From positions 16,618,001-16,682,000 of the forward strand of contig NC_087251.1 in the NCBI RefSeq assembly GCF_037042905.1: 64,000 nucleotides of DNA, given 5' to 3'. Each line of letters opens with the position of its first letter. The first letter of the stretch is position 1. Positions 13,101-24,800 of the stretch are shown here, piece by piece. Below the pieces are notes generated by a model that was not told the DNA's origin, ran no database searches, and worked only from the letters and a program-made list of their open reading frames with translations. The position numbers and the translations under genes were made by a program. The DNA is from Lytechinus pictus. Lineage: Eukaryota.

Positions 13101-15140
13101 GCTACATGTAGTTCAGTGGTTTGTTCAATTTTGATGAAATAGAAACTATGGCAATGATTGTTATATACACCTTTTTGTAGAGATTGTATTTTTATGGTAT
13201 TTATATGATACTTAAATACGTATTGAACAGAAGTCTAGTTTTTAACTCATCTTTAAGCTAGGCTTACTGATTTTCCTGAATATTGTGAAGAAAAAAGTGT
13301 AAAACATGGAAATGGTTTAGATCAAGATTACATTTAACCTGAATATCTTTGTTCAAATGACTAAACTCTTTGACTTTTTTACTATCTGTTCCATTCAGCT
13401 GAGCTCTACCTAAGTCTTGAAAGACCTGAGGAAGCCAGAGCTTGTGTGCAGGAAGCATCATCAATCTTTCCTCTCTCACATCAAGTTATGCATACAGTAA
13501 GACAAGTCTCTAATCCGATGTAAAATAAATTCAGTTGTAGCATTTTAGAATTCAACTTCTTCTTTTTTTTTTTACTATTTCTTTTGTTTTTCATTATATG
13601 AACTATATAGAATATTTCAGTTTATGGCAGATTTTGCAATAAGGGAGCATTTTTATGAATCATAGTATGTTACAACAATGGCAATGGCACATGTTCATGG
13701 ATGATTGAGACTTTGTTTCACATTGTAATGAGGAAAAAATTTAGATATTTCATCTATCATATAATGAAATACAGAAGAAATAACGAGTGGGCGACACCAT
13801 TAATCCCCTCATTTGCACACCAACCAGGGTGTGCTCAAAACTGTTTTGTGAAATTAAGCTAAAATTTTAAAGGTCATAATGTCTTCCTTAACATCCGATT
13901 TTGATTAAATTTTCACCTTTATACCTCTTTGATTTGTCTTTTTTCCTTTAAATCAGCTTTTTGCTGGGTGTACATGACCTTAAAAGATAATTCAACATTT
14001 TTCACCTCAGTTTCTTTCATATTTTCCCTTACATTTTCAACAGAGAGGGTGCATTCATGAGCACAATAGAGAGTGGTCAGATGCCAAGCAGTGTTATGAC
14101 AGTGCCCTGGCTATCAATCCTTCACATATCACCAGTCTTCAGAACCTAGGCTGTGTTTACACACAGCAAGGAAACATGCTCATGGCAGAGAGAATACTGA
14201 GAGAAGCAGTCAACATGGATCCCACTTCCCATCAGGCTTGGTATGAACATGGCTTGATTCTATATAGCTTTTAACTGTATCCAAAAAGAAAAACGTACTT
14301 ATGTTCAAAGACAAATTTCTGCTAATACTATTCTGAAGAATCTTAAAATGGAAATACATGATCAGCTTAATGAATGGTTCATATCTGTGTAAATTTTATT
14401 GATTTAAAAATGTGATTAAAGAAAGAATGTTAGAGTTGTACTATCGTTAAATACCATTTAATCACCATACATTTTTAGTTCTGTGTATTTTTTCCCAAAG
14501 TTACATATTCCCTGTAAGTCATATAAATGTATGTAAGATTAAACATTATTTTGATGGAAGAATCATATTGCAATTATCAGAAAACGGTTTGTTGTGATAT
14601 GAGAGTGCAATTGATTTTATTTTTCATGGACAAAATCAATTATTTTTTCTTGAAATTAAAGTTTTTGTGATCATGAATTCTATAGTCTCAGTGGTCAATG
14701 ATGCCTAGCCTTTGATAAAGTCCTATATTACCTGTATACCCAGTCACAAATAATGTTGCTCTTGTTTATGCTATGCAGTGTCAATATCTGAATACTTCCA
14801 ATATTCCATGAAGACGCCTGACCTGTTGACTCCTGTTTCCTCTAGGCTTTGTTCGGGGATCACTATGTTTCGGTAGACACTATGTGAAAATCATTATTGC
14901 CTGCCTGCTCTTATGAAATATCTATGCTCTAGTAGACCACCGTCTGAAACAAGGGGTACCTGATGATTAATTAGGGTTCATTGATAAATCTTGTATAATT
15001 TCCTTTGCAGGATCTCGCTCGGTAATGTTCTTCAAGCTTCGGGTCAGTGTGGAGCAGCAGGAGAATGTATGCTGACTGGTCTCCAGCTGGAGTCCACAAG
15101 CCCTATCCTACCTTTTTCAACCATTCCAAGAACTCTCTAG
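1010..15140 (+). CDS. TTC7B: Tetratricopeptide repeat protein 7 (TTC7A/TTC7B-like, PI4KA complex scaffold), 5'-partial, last 12 exons, about 502 aa in window
   Basis: Exons 1010-1147, 1771-1854, 2317-2421, 2904-3015, 3591-3721, 4539-4699, 5551-5667, 6383-6480, 12773-12910, 13399-13496, 14044-14240, 15011-15140. All are AG/GT bounded and phase-compatible (1509 nt, ending TAG). Peptides [56 protein letters not shown] and the C-terminus [17 protein letters not shown] match vertebrate TTC7B as recalled. Confidence 0.95.
1771..1854 (+). CDS. TTC7B: TTC7 exon ([28 protein letters not shown])
   Basis: aacag acceptor, gttagt donor, 84 nt. Confidence 0.92.
2317..2421 (+). CDS. TTC7B: TTC7 exon ([10 protein letters not shown]...VCLQHLQQ)
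   Basis: tctag acceptor, GT donor, 105 nt. Confidence 0.88.
2904..3015 (+). CDS. TTC7B: TTC7 exon ([10 protein letters not shown]...YGMMALE)
   Basis: tttag acceptor, GT donor, 112 nt, phase 0/1. Confidence 0.88.
3591..3721 (+). CDS. TTC7B: TTC7 exon ([13 protein letters not shown]...QLALSRQ)
   Basis: tacag acceptor, gtatt donor, 131 nt, phase 1/0. Confidence 0.9.
4539..4699 (+). CDS. TTC7B: TTC7 exon ([12 protein letters not shown]...[15 protein letters not shown]...YPDDF)
   Basis: tttag acceptor, gtaaga donor, 161 nt, phase 0/2. Confidence 0.93.
4766..4904. mobile_element. Short palindromic MITE, GGGCC termini, Harbinger-like
   Basis: GGGCCGTTTCAGAAAG ... CTTTGTAAGATAGGGCCC with TAG on both sides (4763-4765, 4905-4907). 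Confidence 0.55.
5551..5667 (+). CDS. TTC7B: TTC7 exon ([10 protein letters not shown]...[17 protein letters not shown])
   Basis: gacag acceptor, gtaagc donor, 117 nt, phase 2/2. Confidence 0.92.
6383..6480 (+). CDS. TTC7B: TTC7 exon ([19 protein letters not shown]...YSDRDS)
   Basis: Tandem TAGTAG acceptor (start 6383 or 6386), gtaaga donor, phase 2/1. Confidence 0.88.
8875..8898 (+). CDS. Candidate 24-nt alternative microexon of TTC7 (DARSERGKS)
   Basis: Long pyrimidine tract (about 8790-8853), AG at 8873-8874, perfect GTAAGT donor at 8899. Phase 1/1 matches the flanking exons and there is no stop. Confidence 0.5.
9890..10019. mobile_element. Short palindromic MITE
   Basis: GGGGTGTAACATAAAAG ... 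CTTTTATGTTACAGCACCC inverted ends. Confidence 0.45.
11597..11695. mobile_element. About 100-bp MITE
   Basis: GCCCTTTTCACAAT ... ATTGTGAAAACCCC inverted ends; internal TTGCGATCGT/ACGATCGCAA inverted pair. Confidence 0.45.
12773..12910 (+). CDS. TTC7B: TTC7 exon ([22 protein letters not shown]...HIWLAI)
   Basis: catag acceptor, gtaagg donor, 138 nt, phase 1/1. Confidence 0.93.
13399..13496 (+). CDS. TTC7B: TTC7 exon ([33 protein letters not shown])
   Basis: ttcag acceptor, gtaaga donor, 98 nt, phase 1/0. Confidence 0.92.
13510..13982. mobile_element. Degenerate foldback MITE, possibly Kolobok-like
   Basis: Internal inverted repeat about 13576-13601 / 13757-13782; right end ...GGGTGTACATGACCT then TAAA resembles the TTAA|AGGGGAAGTCCACCC end at 57123. 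Boundaries approximate. Confidence 0.4.
14044..14240 (+). CDS. TTC7B: TTC7 exon (RGCIHEH...ALAINPSH...[13 protein letters not shown])
   Basis: aacag acceptor, gtatga donor, 197 nt, TPR motifs. Confidence 0.93.
15011..15140 (+). CDS. TTC7B: TTC7 last coding exon (ISLGNVLQ...PFSTIPRTL*)
   Basis: tgcag acceptor, TAG stop 15138-15140; AATAAA candidates downstream (15661, 15696, 16509). Confidence 0.93.
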
Positions 15141-17687
15141 ACCATCTGTCAGTACTATTCTACACTGTCTGTAGCTAATGTCTGTCACTAAAGCGAGACT
15201 TCTTTAATATGAAAGAGTAAAGTGCGTGTTGCTTACACTTTTATCATTCCGATAGCATGATGTATTGCCACACTCACACTTTGGTGATATATCACTCGTT
15301 TCCTTTTGTCATTAAAGGGCAACATAGTATACTTCAACAGACCATGCACTGAGATCATCATTGAAGGTTTGTGTTTTTATAATGGAGACAAGGTTTCAGT
15401 TCACTATAAAGTGAAAATGGAATGTTTGAATGGTAGAATAGAGAGAAATTAAATGACAAATGAAAGAGATGGTGTGGAATCGAAAGGCAAGAACATGATA
15501 GATGAAAAAAAGAGAATATTCTTTTATGAAATTGGATGAAGTCCTTTAGAGGAATGTAAACCATGTGAGATACAGCAGCTTGAAGTACATGACAAAAATC
15601 ATCATTTAAATGTCATTTGTTCCAAATGAATGAAACTTCTGCATGTCGGTCAAAATATGCAATAAAAAAGACTCGCCCAATTTCTGATTACTGAAAATAA
15701 AGTTCAGATTAAAGAAGATTTTCAGAATACTGGCCTTGTTTGCCAGTGCGATATATTAAAAAAAAAATAATAAATGGAACAGGAGGATATTTTGCACTTA
15801 GCAGAGAGTATTTATATTTCTTCTGTTTGATTTCCAGAGCAGATGGTCTATTCTAAGAGAATATGACATGATTGTGCAATATCTGTTGGATGTATATACA
15901 TGTATTTATATTGAGCGCACAGTTGTTTGTGATGTTTTTGTTTTCTGATGTTGGTAAAACGCATTTAATTTTGCTGTGTTTTGAATGCTAACTAAAATTG
16001 TTCTATTTTACAAAAAGAAAAGATCACGATCTGAAAGTACAGGTAGAATTTGATTAAAATTTATTGGTAGATCATATCACAATTATATATATTTTCTATA
16101 GTTTACACAAATACAAACTTAGTTCCTCGTAGTAGATGCCCATACACAAGCATACCCAAAAGTTCCTTCAGTGCAATTTCATTGTATATTTCCTTCAGAA
16201 AATATACATTTATTCTATGGACAGGCTTACATTAATGTTTGCTCATTTAAGAAGGCATTTGTGGTTACTTACATCCATATTTGTAATTTTCTGGAAATAT
16301 TTATATTAACTGTATTTCTGTAATATAAATAGAGAACCTTTTCAAGATTTGCATTTTATATAATTTACACATATAAATTGATCAAAATGTTTTGAATAGA
16401 GAATATGAATAGCTCCACTAGAGCACCTATTTCCTAAATTATGATGAATGAATATAGAACAAGATTTCATACTGAAAATTTACACAATTTAATTAAAGCT
16501 ATTGATTGAATAAAATAAAACAATCACAATTTTACTGAGTTTGGTGTATTTTGTGCTAATAACAGAAGTAAAAGCCCCAAGCTAATAAAAATGTGCATAG
16601 AATGCATGGATAATAAATTAATCTCATTGATTGTATAGTCCAAGATGAATAATGAGAAAATGGAGGAGGAAATTTGGATAGGAAATGAGAGATGAAAGAG
16701 GATTTTAGAAAGAGGGGGAACATGGAAGTATATGTCAGAGAGAAAGATATATATATATACAGGCCCACACACACATACACTCAGAAAGAAGACTGAGGGA
16801 GGGCAGCGGGTAAAAAGGGAGAGAGAAGGTGAGGAAAAGAGAGCAAGAGAGAGAGAGAGGGGGTGAACATTCATATGGGATACATGTACATAACAAACAT
16901 GATGCAAAGCCAGTTTGAAACCATTTACAATATTACCAGAATATACATCATGAATGTGACTGCTTAGTGTAACCTCTTCCAAAACATATTATTGCACAAT
17001 CAATGCACTATCCCTGAACCCTAAAATCCATGCTAAAATCATAGATTCGTACAACAGAAAGGCACACAAAATAAGAATTACAATTCTTAAATTACTACCC
17101 ACCCCACCCTTCTGCCAAAAATGTGCTATTAGAGCAATGAATACATGTAAAAGGCACTTATTTGTCATGATTAAACCTGGATTCCCTAAATATATTGCCT
17201 TTAAAAGTCAAATTGACTATCTGTTTTCAATATACATGATTCCTTGACTACAAAAGCTCTCCATAGCATGAGCAAGATAAAAAACAATGGAATCACCTGA
17301 GTTTTAATGAAAGCAGGCAGTAGAATAACCAATAAATACTGCATCATGATCAAATCTGGCGGCATGACTACATGGAAAGCCAAACAGCGGCCTCCAAAAT
17401 GCATAGGCTCATACAAATAAAGTAAGCATTATGAGTACCTCCATAACAGCCCTTATTTTTGTATTAGCCAGTAAACATGGTCTTGTCTGCTGGTTTTACC
17501 ATGAGGCACCAACGCAAGTATGTCACATTCAAGAGATATATCATGTCCAACTAGACAAGTAAATCCTCAGTTGAAATACTGCCTTCAGTCAGTCACAAGA
17601 CTTTCTTCTTAATTCGAATGTATCTTGTTTTAATCAATAGGTTATGGAAACTGGTTTGTCCCTACGGTGAACCTGTCCCTACATGTA

Positions 17688-17866
17688 CAGTGGTGGTAAA
17701 AAGTTAGTGAACCCCACCAAAATATGCACTCCTTCATGCTGAGTGTTGAAGACATCAACACTACAATATCCGGTGAGCCCAGAGAAACAAACTTTATTAA
17801 ATATCTAAAACATGGCAGAACTTGAACACTTTTAAAATATGTTCATTTTTTGGTGGGTTCACTAAC
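17688..17866. mobile_element. Tc1/mariner-like element left end with internal inverted repeat
   Basis: TA|CAGTGGTGGTAAAAAGTTAGTGAACCCCACCAAAA; inverted copy TTTTGGTGGGTTCACTAAC ends at 17866; true right end not identified. Confidence 0.45.
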
Positions 17867-18720
17867 ATCAAGAGAATCGAATCAAAATCTGTCTTGTCAC
17901 AGTGAATTCAGCACTCAACATTTACATGTAAGTTGAACATATACATGACACAATGACCAATATATTATTTCATATATTACCATATTTCAAGTTTAAGGTT
18001 TTCAGAAAAAAACAATATCCAATTGATAAAATTGTCCCCCCCAAAAAAATCGGCCTCTGATCATTCACATTTCTACCCCTATGATACTAAGTTAGTATTA
18101 TGACAGAACTCTTGCAGGTTTTCATAATAAAATCACTTATGTGGCATTGGTGTGAAATATTTTAATGGGACTCTTGTACCTAAAATATACAAAAGAAATA
18201 AAACTGACTCTAACTGCCCTGAATAATAGGACTCAACACTCTTCATGCATATTTTCACTGCATAGAATACCCACAGGATTTGTAAAGGGAACACTCGATT
18301 CTAGTAAGCTTCACGAATTGATGCAGCATTTACTTTGTTAATATTTCATGCATTACTATTCTCCATCTATATCTACAGGTAAGGTAGATGAATTAATATA
18401 ATCATGAGTATACTGAAAGACAACGCTGCAAAATGTATAATATAAATATGTCTTTGATTCAATAATAAAAATTTAGCCTCAAGAACATTTTGTGCTGGAG
18501 TTTGAAATATGTTTCTTTTTTTTTGTACGAATATATTCAGACTACTCAAATTCGAATAAAACTATCTATAAAGAGCATGGAGAGAATTATTTAAACACTT
18601 TCAAAGAGTATGGGAGCTAGGAAAAGCTCTATTGTCTCTAAGCAGATAAAATATGAATAGCACCAGCCAGATGGTGATGATGCAGATAAAATTCGGTAAT
18701 GTCTGTAAATAGGTGTACAA

Positions 18721-18858
18721 TCACCATGGCAACTGATCAATATTCACATTCCCACCACACAAAATTACTGCCACATTCTTCAAGCTGGGATCAAGCGCCC
18801 TCATCTGGTCTGACAAAACAGCTGCTACCGGGGCTGCCCCTGCTGCTTCCACGACAAG
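18721..18858 (-). CDS. SRR: SRR-like last exon, distal copy 9b (LVVEAAGAAPVAAVLSDQMRALDPSLKNVAVILCGGNVNIDQLPW*)
   Basis: tttgtctaatcag acceptor, 138 nt, TGA stop; 34/45 aa identical to copy 9a. Confidence 0.85.
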   Translation of the reverse strand, partial: LVVEAAGAAPVAAVLSDQMRALDPSLKNVAVILCGGNVNIDQLPW

Positions 18859-21800
18859 CTGATTAGACAAACAGTAAGCAAGACAAAATAGAATGCATCT
18901 ATAAGGTTAGTACTGTGGAAAACTAAGCTTGATCAAATGACAAGCCACTATAATATTAGGGTTAACTGTATTAAAATGAATGGCAAGGGTGTGCAACAAA
19001 AATCCCGAACTTTCATCAATGAGATACAAAATGGTGAAATGCCCTATACTTTATAGACATTTTGTTTGTCCATAGGGCAAAGATTTCCCTGCTTATTATG
19101 AGGAAACCAATATGCATATATAATGAGCTATGACCTCTGATCTTTGAGCTGCAGTCTTGAAATTGAAATTTGTACTGGAGCGTACTTTTAGTTAGTTCTA
19201 CCTATATACACATCAGAAATTAGGAATTCACTATTCATCCGAATTATAGCACAATTATAAATTGGGGAAGAACAGAAAGACGGGTGCAATACCTTCGAGT
19301 CCAGAAATCGTCATCAAGGGCTCAAAAATAGTTTTTGCAATTTCAACTTGAAAAACCTTATAGTTGTAGAACAATCCAATGCATTAATCTTGCATGAACA
19401 AACCAACACTGCAAATGTCTGCAATTCACCCGGCCTGCCAGAACCCTAGGCAGCAAATGTCATTTTTTCTCTTGTTTCTTTTTTAATCAAGTATGACCAA
19501 AACTTCCTGTTATAATGGTAATACATATATATGTATATTTCAATTTAGGCAACTCTAATTTGACATGCTTAAAGACAGTATATCAAATTGAGTTGCTATA
19601 ACAATTATAAAAATAATGATAGTACAGTTAGTGTCATGCATGTATAAAAGACTACACAGCAAAAAAGATTCATGGATTACTGAATATAAACAGCTCTATT
19701 TTCAATTCAGGTGGCGGGTGAACTCCATACATACAAAATTCAAATTCCTTGTTCAAACTATTTATATAGAAACTTCATTGAAATTCAACCAGTAAAATGG
19801 TCAATCGTCATGCGTCTACCAAGTGGTTTGAACCAGAGCCATGAAGACCAACTATCACCATGGTAATTGCTCGATATTCACATTTCCACCACACATGAGA
19901 ACCGCCACGTTTCTAACCCTTGGATCGACAGCTTTCATCTTGTCAGATAAAACTGCTGCTACTGGTCCAGCACTTGCTGCTTCTACTACCAGCTGAGTGG
20001 AAAAATAAGTCATGGATAGCTGGTGCTCTCAAATGTACTTATTCATTAAGAAACCATCAATCTACCAAGATTATGTCAATATTCATTTTTCATACAGTAT
20101 AATTCAAAATTAATTAATATTTACTAATTACAATACAATTCAAAAGATAAAATAATACAAAAAATGAAGGTAGATTCTATGGTTGGCATGTGAAAATGAA
20201 AATGTCTAAACTTATAATTTTTAACAATCCAAACATGAACTATCGAAAAAATGAAGAAACGTTTGAAAACTCGCATTTGAAAGTTCTGTCATGTTAAAAA
20301 GTTTAATAGTACTAGTAGAGAAACATTTTCTGACTTGCAAATGCAAAATAAACATTTCACTGTTTGTACCCTTTAAGATATTTGACAGACATTGTCTTTG
20401 CTTTTTATCAAAATATAAAATAAAGAAATATGCAGTTTTATTGAATTACCTTTAATCTTGTCCATGTAAATTTCATTGCTGAAATGATTTCATCATCTGT
20501 CTACAAAAAGCAGACAAAAATACTAATTGATAATACACCAAAAATCAATGATCAACAAATGAAAATATTTACAATTCATAATGGAATATAATACATCCAT
20601 CATTTTATAAATTATTCAGATGTCAATCCTGATTATCTTCAGCTATCAGAAAAGCTACTAGGGAATTGCTTTGTTTTATATGCAAAAAATCAAAACAAAG
20701 TTATCTTTACTTCCAAAATATTAGATGCTCAGGATAAATTCCAAGCCCACAGCTCGAAACCTCTTTGTCATTACACTGGCTCACTTTGAAATATTGATGT
20801 AATGAATGTTTTAATATTCAAATTTTTTATATCATACATACCACTGTAAATACTTGTTTCTCAACAAGATCTCTGACAATAGGCCAAGTAAGCTGTCCGA
20901 CCTGTTGGGTAGGTGTAGCATCGGCTACTGTATCAAGGGTTTTAGGTGGTCCTACCCACATTCTCTCTCCTATTGTATAACATTTGATTTATAAAAAAAT
21001 ATATTAGTAAGGAAAAAAATGGCAAACTGAATTATAAATACAAGGAAAACAAAAGACTTGTATATCATGATTCAAAATGTGAACAGGTGGGCAGCTATTA
21101 GAAAAAATATCAGTTTGTTCAGAGGAGTTGTTAACAGTTTTTAAATGGTCTTTTCACTCTCTTCAACACAGCGAAGCAATCAAGTCTCAACAGGTCTCAA
21201 AGTTTTGGTCAAGGCAGTTTTATACAATGGGTAACAAATAAACTGAAATAGTTTGGGAAATTATGAAAACTAAAAGCCAGTAAAATGAGAGATAAAAATG
21301 TTTTTAGTACCATTTCATCAATATAACATGAACATGTTTCATCTAAGGAAAATTATTTCCTCTTCTCTTTCTCCTCTTCATCTAACACCTCCTCTCCTTC
21401 TTCTACCTCTACCTTTCCTCGTTCTTCTTCTTCCTCTCCTTCTACAACATTCAACTAGCTCTTCCAACTATTTTGAAAATGTAAGCTAATTTTGTTTTTT
21501 TTTCTGTGGCAGCGGTGGGATGTATTTTTCAAAATAACTTCAAACCTTAATTTGAAAACTGCTTAAAGAAAAATAATGGTCTTTATCTATTAGAAACATT
21601 GTATTGAGCATTATAAAAATGTTGCATAGCATTATTATCATTCATATCCCCCCCAAAAAAAAAATTATTTTGTTTCTTCACAGGACATCTTTAGAAATGT
21701 AAAATTGGTATGAAACAGATAGATACTACTAATGTAGATGTATGGTGTACTTCTCATTTTTGTTGTATCAAACTATGAAATGTTTGGTATGACTTACCTG

Positions 21801-24800
21801 ACTCAAGAGATCTTTGGAGATCTTTTCCTTCTGGTTCAACAGCAAAAACTGAATTATCAAATCAAGATGTATTAAGAATCAAACCATGCTTGATTAAATA
21901 TAAAAATACATAAAATACATATAATTTATCATATCTAAGAAAATCCTTTTTGAGATTACTTAATCCAGCAAATGTATGTCATAATAATTCCTACGCTGAA
22001 AATATATGAGTTCATCTTTATTTTTATTTTCAAATTAGTACCACTTTTCACACAATATTAGAAGGTCAAGAGCGGGGGTGAAATGTGCTCCCTTCCTCAT
22101 CGACAAGGACTTTTGTATTCATTAACAGGTTTTAATAGTAATTTTGGGCAATCCTTTCCCTAGACCCCCTTAAAAAATTTTGGATCTGCTGGTGTGCAGT
22201 TCAATTCTCATTTATATCTTTAATTGTTGACACTGAAAATAATAAGAAATTCACTTGTATTCTTGCAAGTGAAAAAGAAACCAATTCTTGATTTACCTTT
22301 GACATTTGGCTTCATTCCCTTTACTGCTGTAGCGATACCTGCTATGAGGCCGCCACCACTGGTCATGACTAGGACAGCATCGAGGTCTTGTACCTGTTCA
22401 CATATCTCTATACCAATAGTCCCCTGGAATATCAAATGTGAATGACAGTTTTTAAAATAATGGGGGACTAAAATGTGAACATTTCTATTTAAAGCAAGGT
22501 ACACAAAGTGTACTTTGAACCAACAAGGCTTGAGGTTTCAAGATAGTCACAGGTGTAATCGTAGATATGTAATGTTATGACATTCAGGTTTGAGGGGTGG
22601 GGTGTGCATGACAAAAATAGATCAGCCCCCCCCCCCCACACACACACACACTGCTGGAAATTCTGATGTCTTTTCATACCACGCTGATAATGATGCTCAC
22701 AAGTAAAATCAGCAAAATTAGCAAGGACCATATTAAAAAATACAATTCTAAGTTCCCAGATAATACACCCAAGATAATCATGAAAAATAAAAAATATAAC
22801 AGATTACCAGTAATCCTTTTACTTTCTTCCCTATCTTGCTTACCCCTTTAATGTGTAGGTTCAACATAAAGAATGCATATTTTGAGCCAAAAAACTTGGT
22901 ACCGGTACCAAGGAAAATCGTTCCAAGTTTGGGTGGTTGATGATGTCATATCCACTAATAACACTCATCATAACAGCTGTCTCAAAACAAGTTTGAAACA
23001 GATGAGCTCATAAAAAACAACACTCCCATCTTGCTAAAGATGACGGTGGTAAAATAATACAAGGTTAATGAGGCAGGATGGATCAATTGGAGACCAAACC
23101 AGTTTACTAGCAAATAGAGTCACAAAATACCAAATTTGGGAGGACAACAAGATAATTGCCTAATAGTGCACTGCAGAATACTCACAAATAAAGGTTTTTG
23201 GAATTCAATGATTTGAACAACTGAACTTTAAAAACACGATAACAGTTTGTAAGGTCAAGATCACAAAATAACTAACTTATTTTTGGCAACATGAGTGAAA
23301 TTTCTTCAAAGGAATGGTGACTGCTCAAACTGAACATTTATATTGCAATAATCACTTTACTAGCATCATCAACCTGAAAAGGGTCTTGGTTTGGTAATGG
23401 CAGGAATTACTCAAAGGTTTTGATCCAGGTAAAGTCACATGGGGCATGTGCCTCCATATTTTTTCCAAAATAAGCATTGTCGTGCCTCTTTTATTATGGT
23501 GATAACCCTTTTTGCTCATGACATCTTAGGACAACTGTATGCTGTTCAGGGGTGAGAATGATTTTCATTTATTTTTTGTAATTATTATGGAATAATGTTG
23601 GAGATTGAATACACTTTTTATCTGCTTAATTGTCAGGAAATTCTGTACACCTGAACCCACTTTCTGTGCTCCTTAATTTATGAAGTACTAGATCTTCCCA
23701 GGGGCCAGGGTGAAGTATACTAGATCATCTTGATATTTTCGAACTTTTTAAGGCTACTGGATTACAAAAGGTGTGGAGATTATATGGCATAAATATAGTC
23801 CTCGTGAAGTAAGAGGGAGATGAACTCATCCAGATCTTTTTAGAATGGTGAAGATAGGATCTGTCCAAGGCTATCAAGTATAGTTTTGGGATTTCATTAA
23901 GCTTAAATTTACTGAGGCAACCTTGACACAATTTAGTCATGGCAAAGGTTCATCGGCTAATGTAATAACTTGTTAAAGGTTTATTATGGATAACAAAAGA
24001 CTGAGTTGATGAAAATTTAAGTTGATCACTGACCTGACCTGCCATTACATTATAGTCATCATATGCAGGAACAAACGACAGGTTCTTTTCAGAGGCGACA
24101 TGCTCACATGTTTCCTTCCTGTGAAAACGATAACAAATGAAGCAAAAGCAGTTATATTATTGATTAAAACCCTGGATATAGAAGGTCTTTCTATATTCAT
24201 TGACAATCTTTCAGAACTAATATCAAAACGGAACAAGACAATGGTTTAAACATGCAGGCATTGCAAGACTCAGTAATACATAATATCTTACCATTCCTTC
24301 TGAAACAAGTTCTGAGTTAACCTTATAGTCTCAATACATTTCCCCTTGTTTTGCATAGCCAAATCTTAATACAGACCAAATAAAACATTTCGATCTTTGT
24401 AAGTAGTGTCATATCAGCTGTGATGTTCTGAATGACAATCATACAATATTCACCATGAAGCAAAAACCGGGAAGAGGATATCTAATGTATCTTTAATTGT
24501 TCATTACCTTGATTGTTGGGTTGGTTCGCAGAAGACCACATCAGCTCCGTACCACCTGATGGCATCCACCTTGACCGAAGCGGTAGTGTGGGGCACCACA
24601 ACGGTGCATGGTACCCCAACCATCTGGGCAGCACAGGCCAGCCCTGAGCCATGGTTACCTGTACTATGGGTGACCTATAGGTGAAATTACATACAATCCA
24701 GACTATGAACAAAAAATCAAACAATGGAAATATATTATGAAAATTACCCTTTCCCATACAACCTTCAATGTAAATGAAATGCATAATAAATTACCTTGCA

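Noticed and set aside
16524..16982. 152-aa ORF, the longest in the track
   Set aside because: Translation of a GA/CT- and CA-rich low-complexity tract between the two convergent 3' ends; no protein features
24570..24600. Apparent frameshift in SRR-like exon 3 suggested by track ORF 24482..24784
   Set aside because: The track ORF is in another frame. The exon reads through VVVPHTTASVKVDAIRWYGA without a break.
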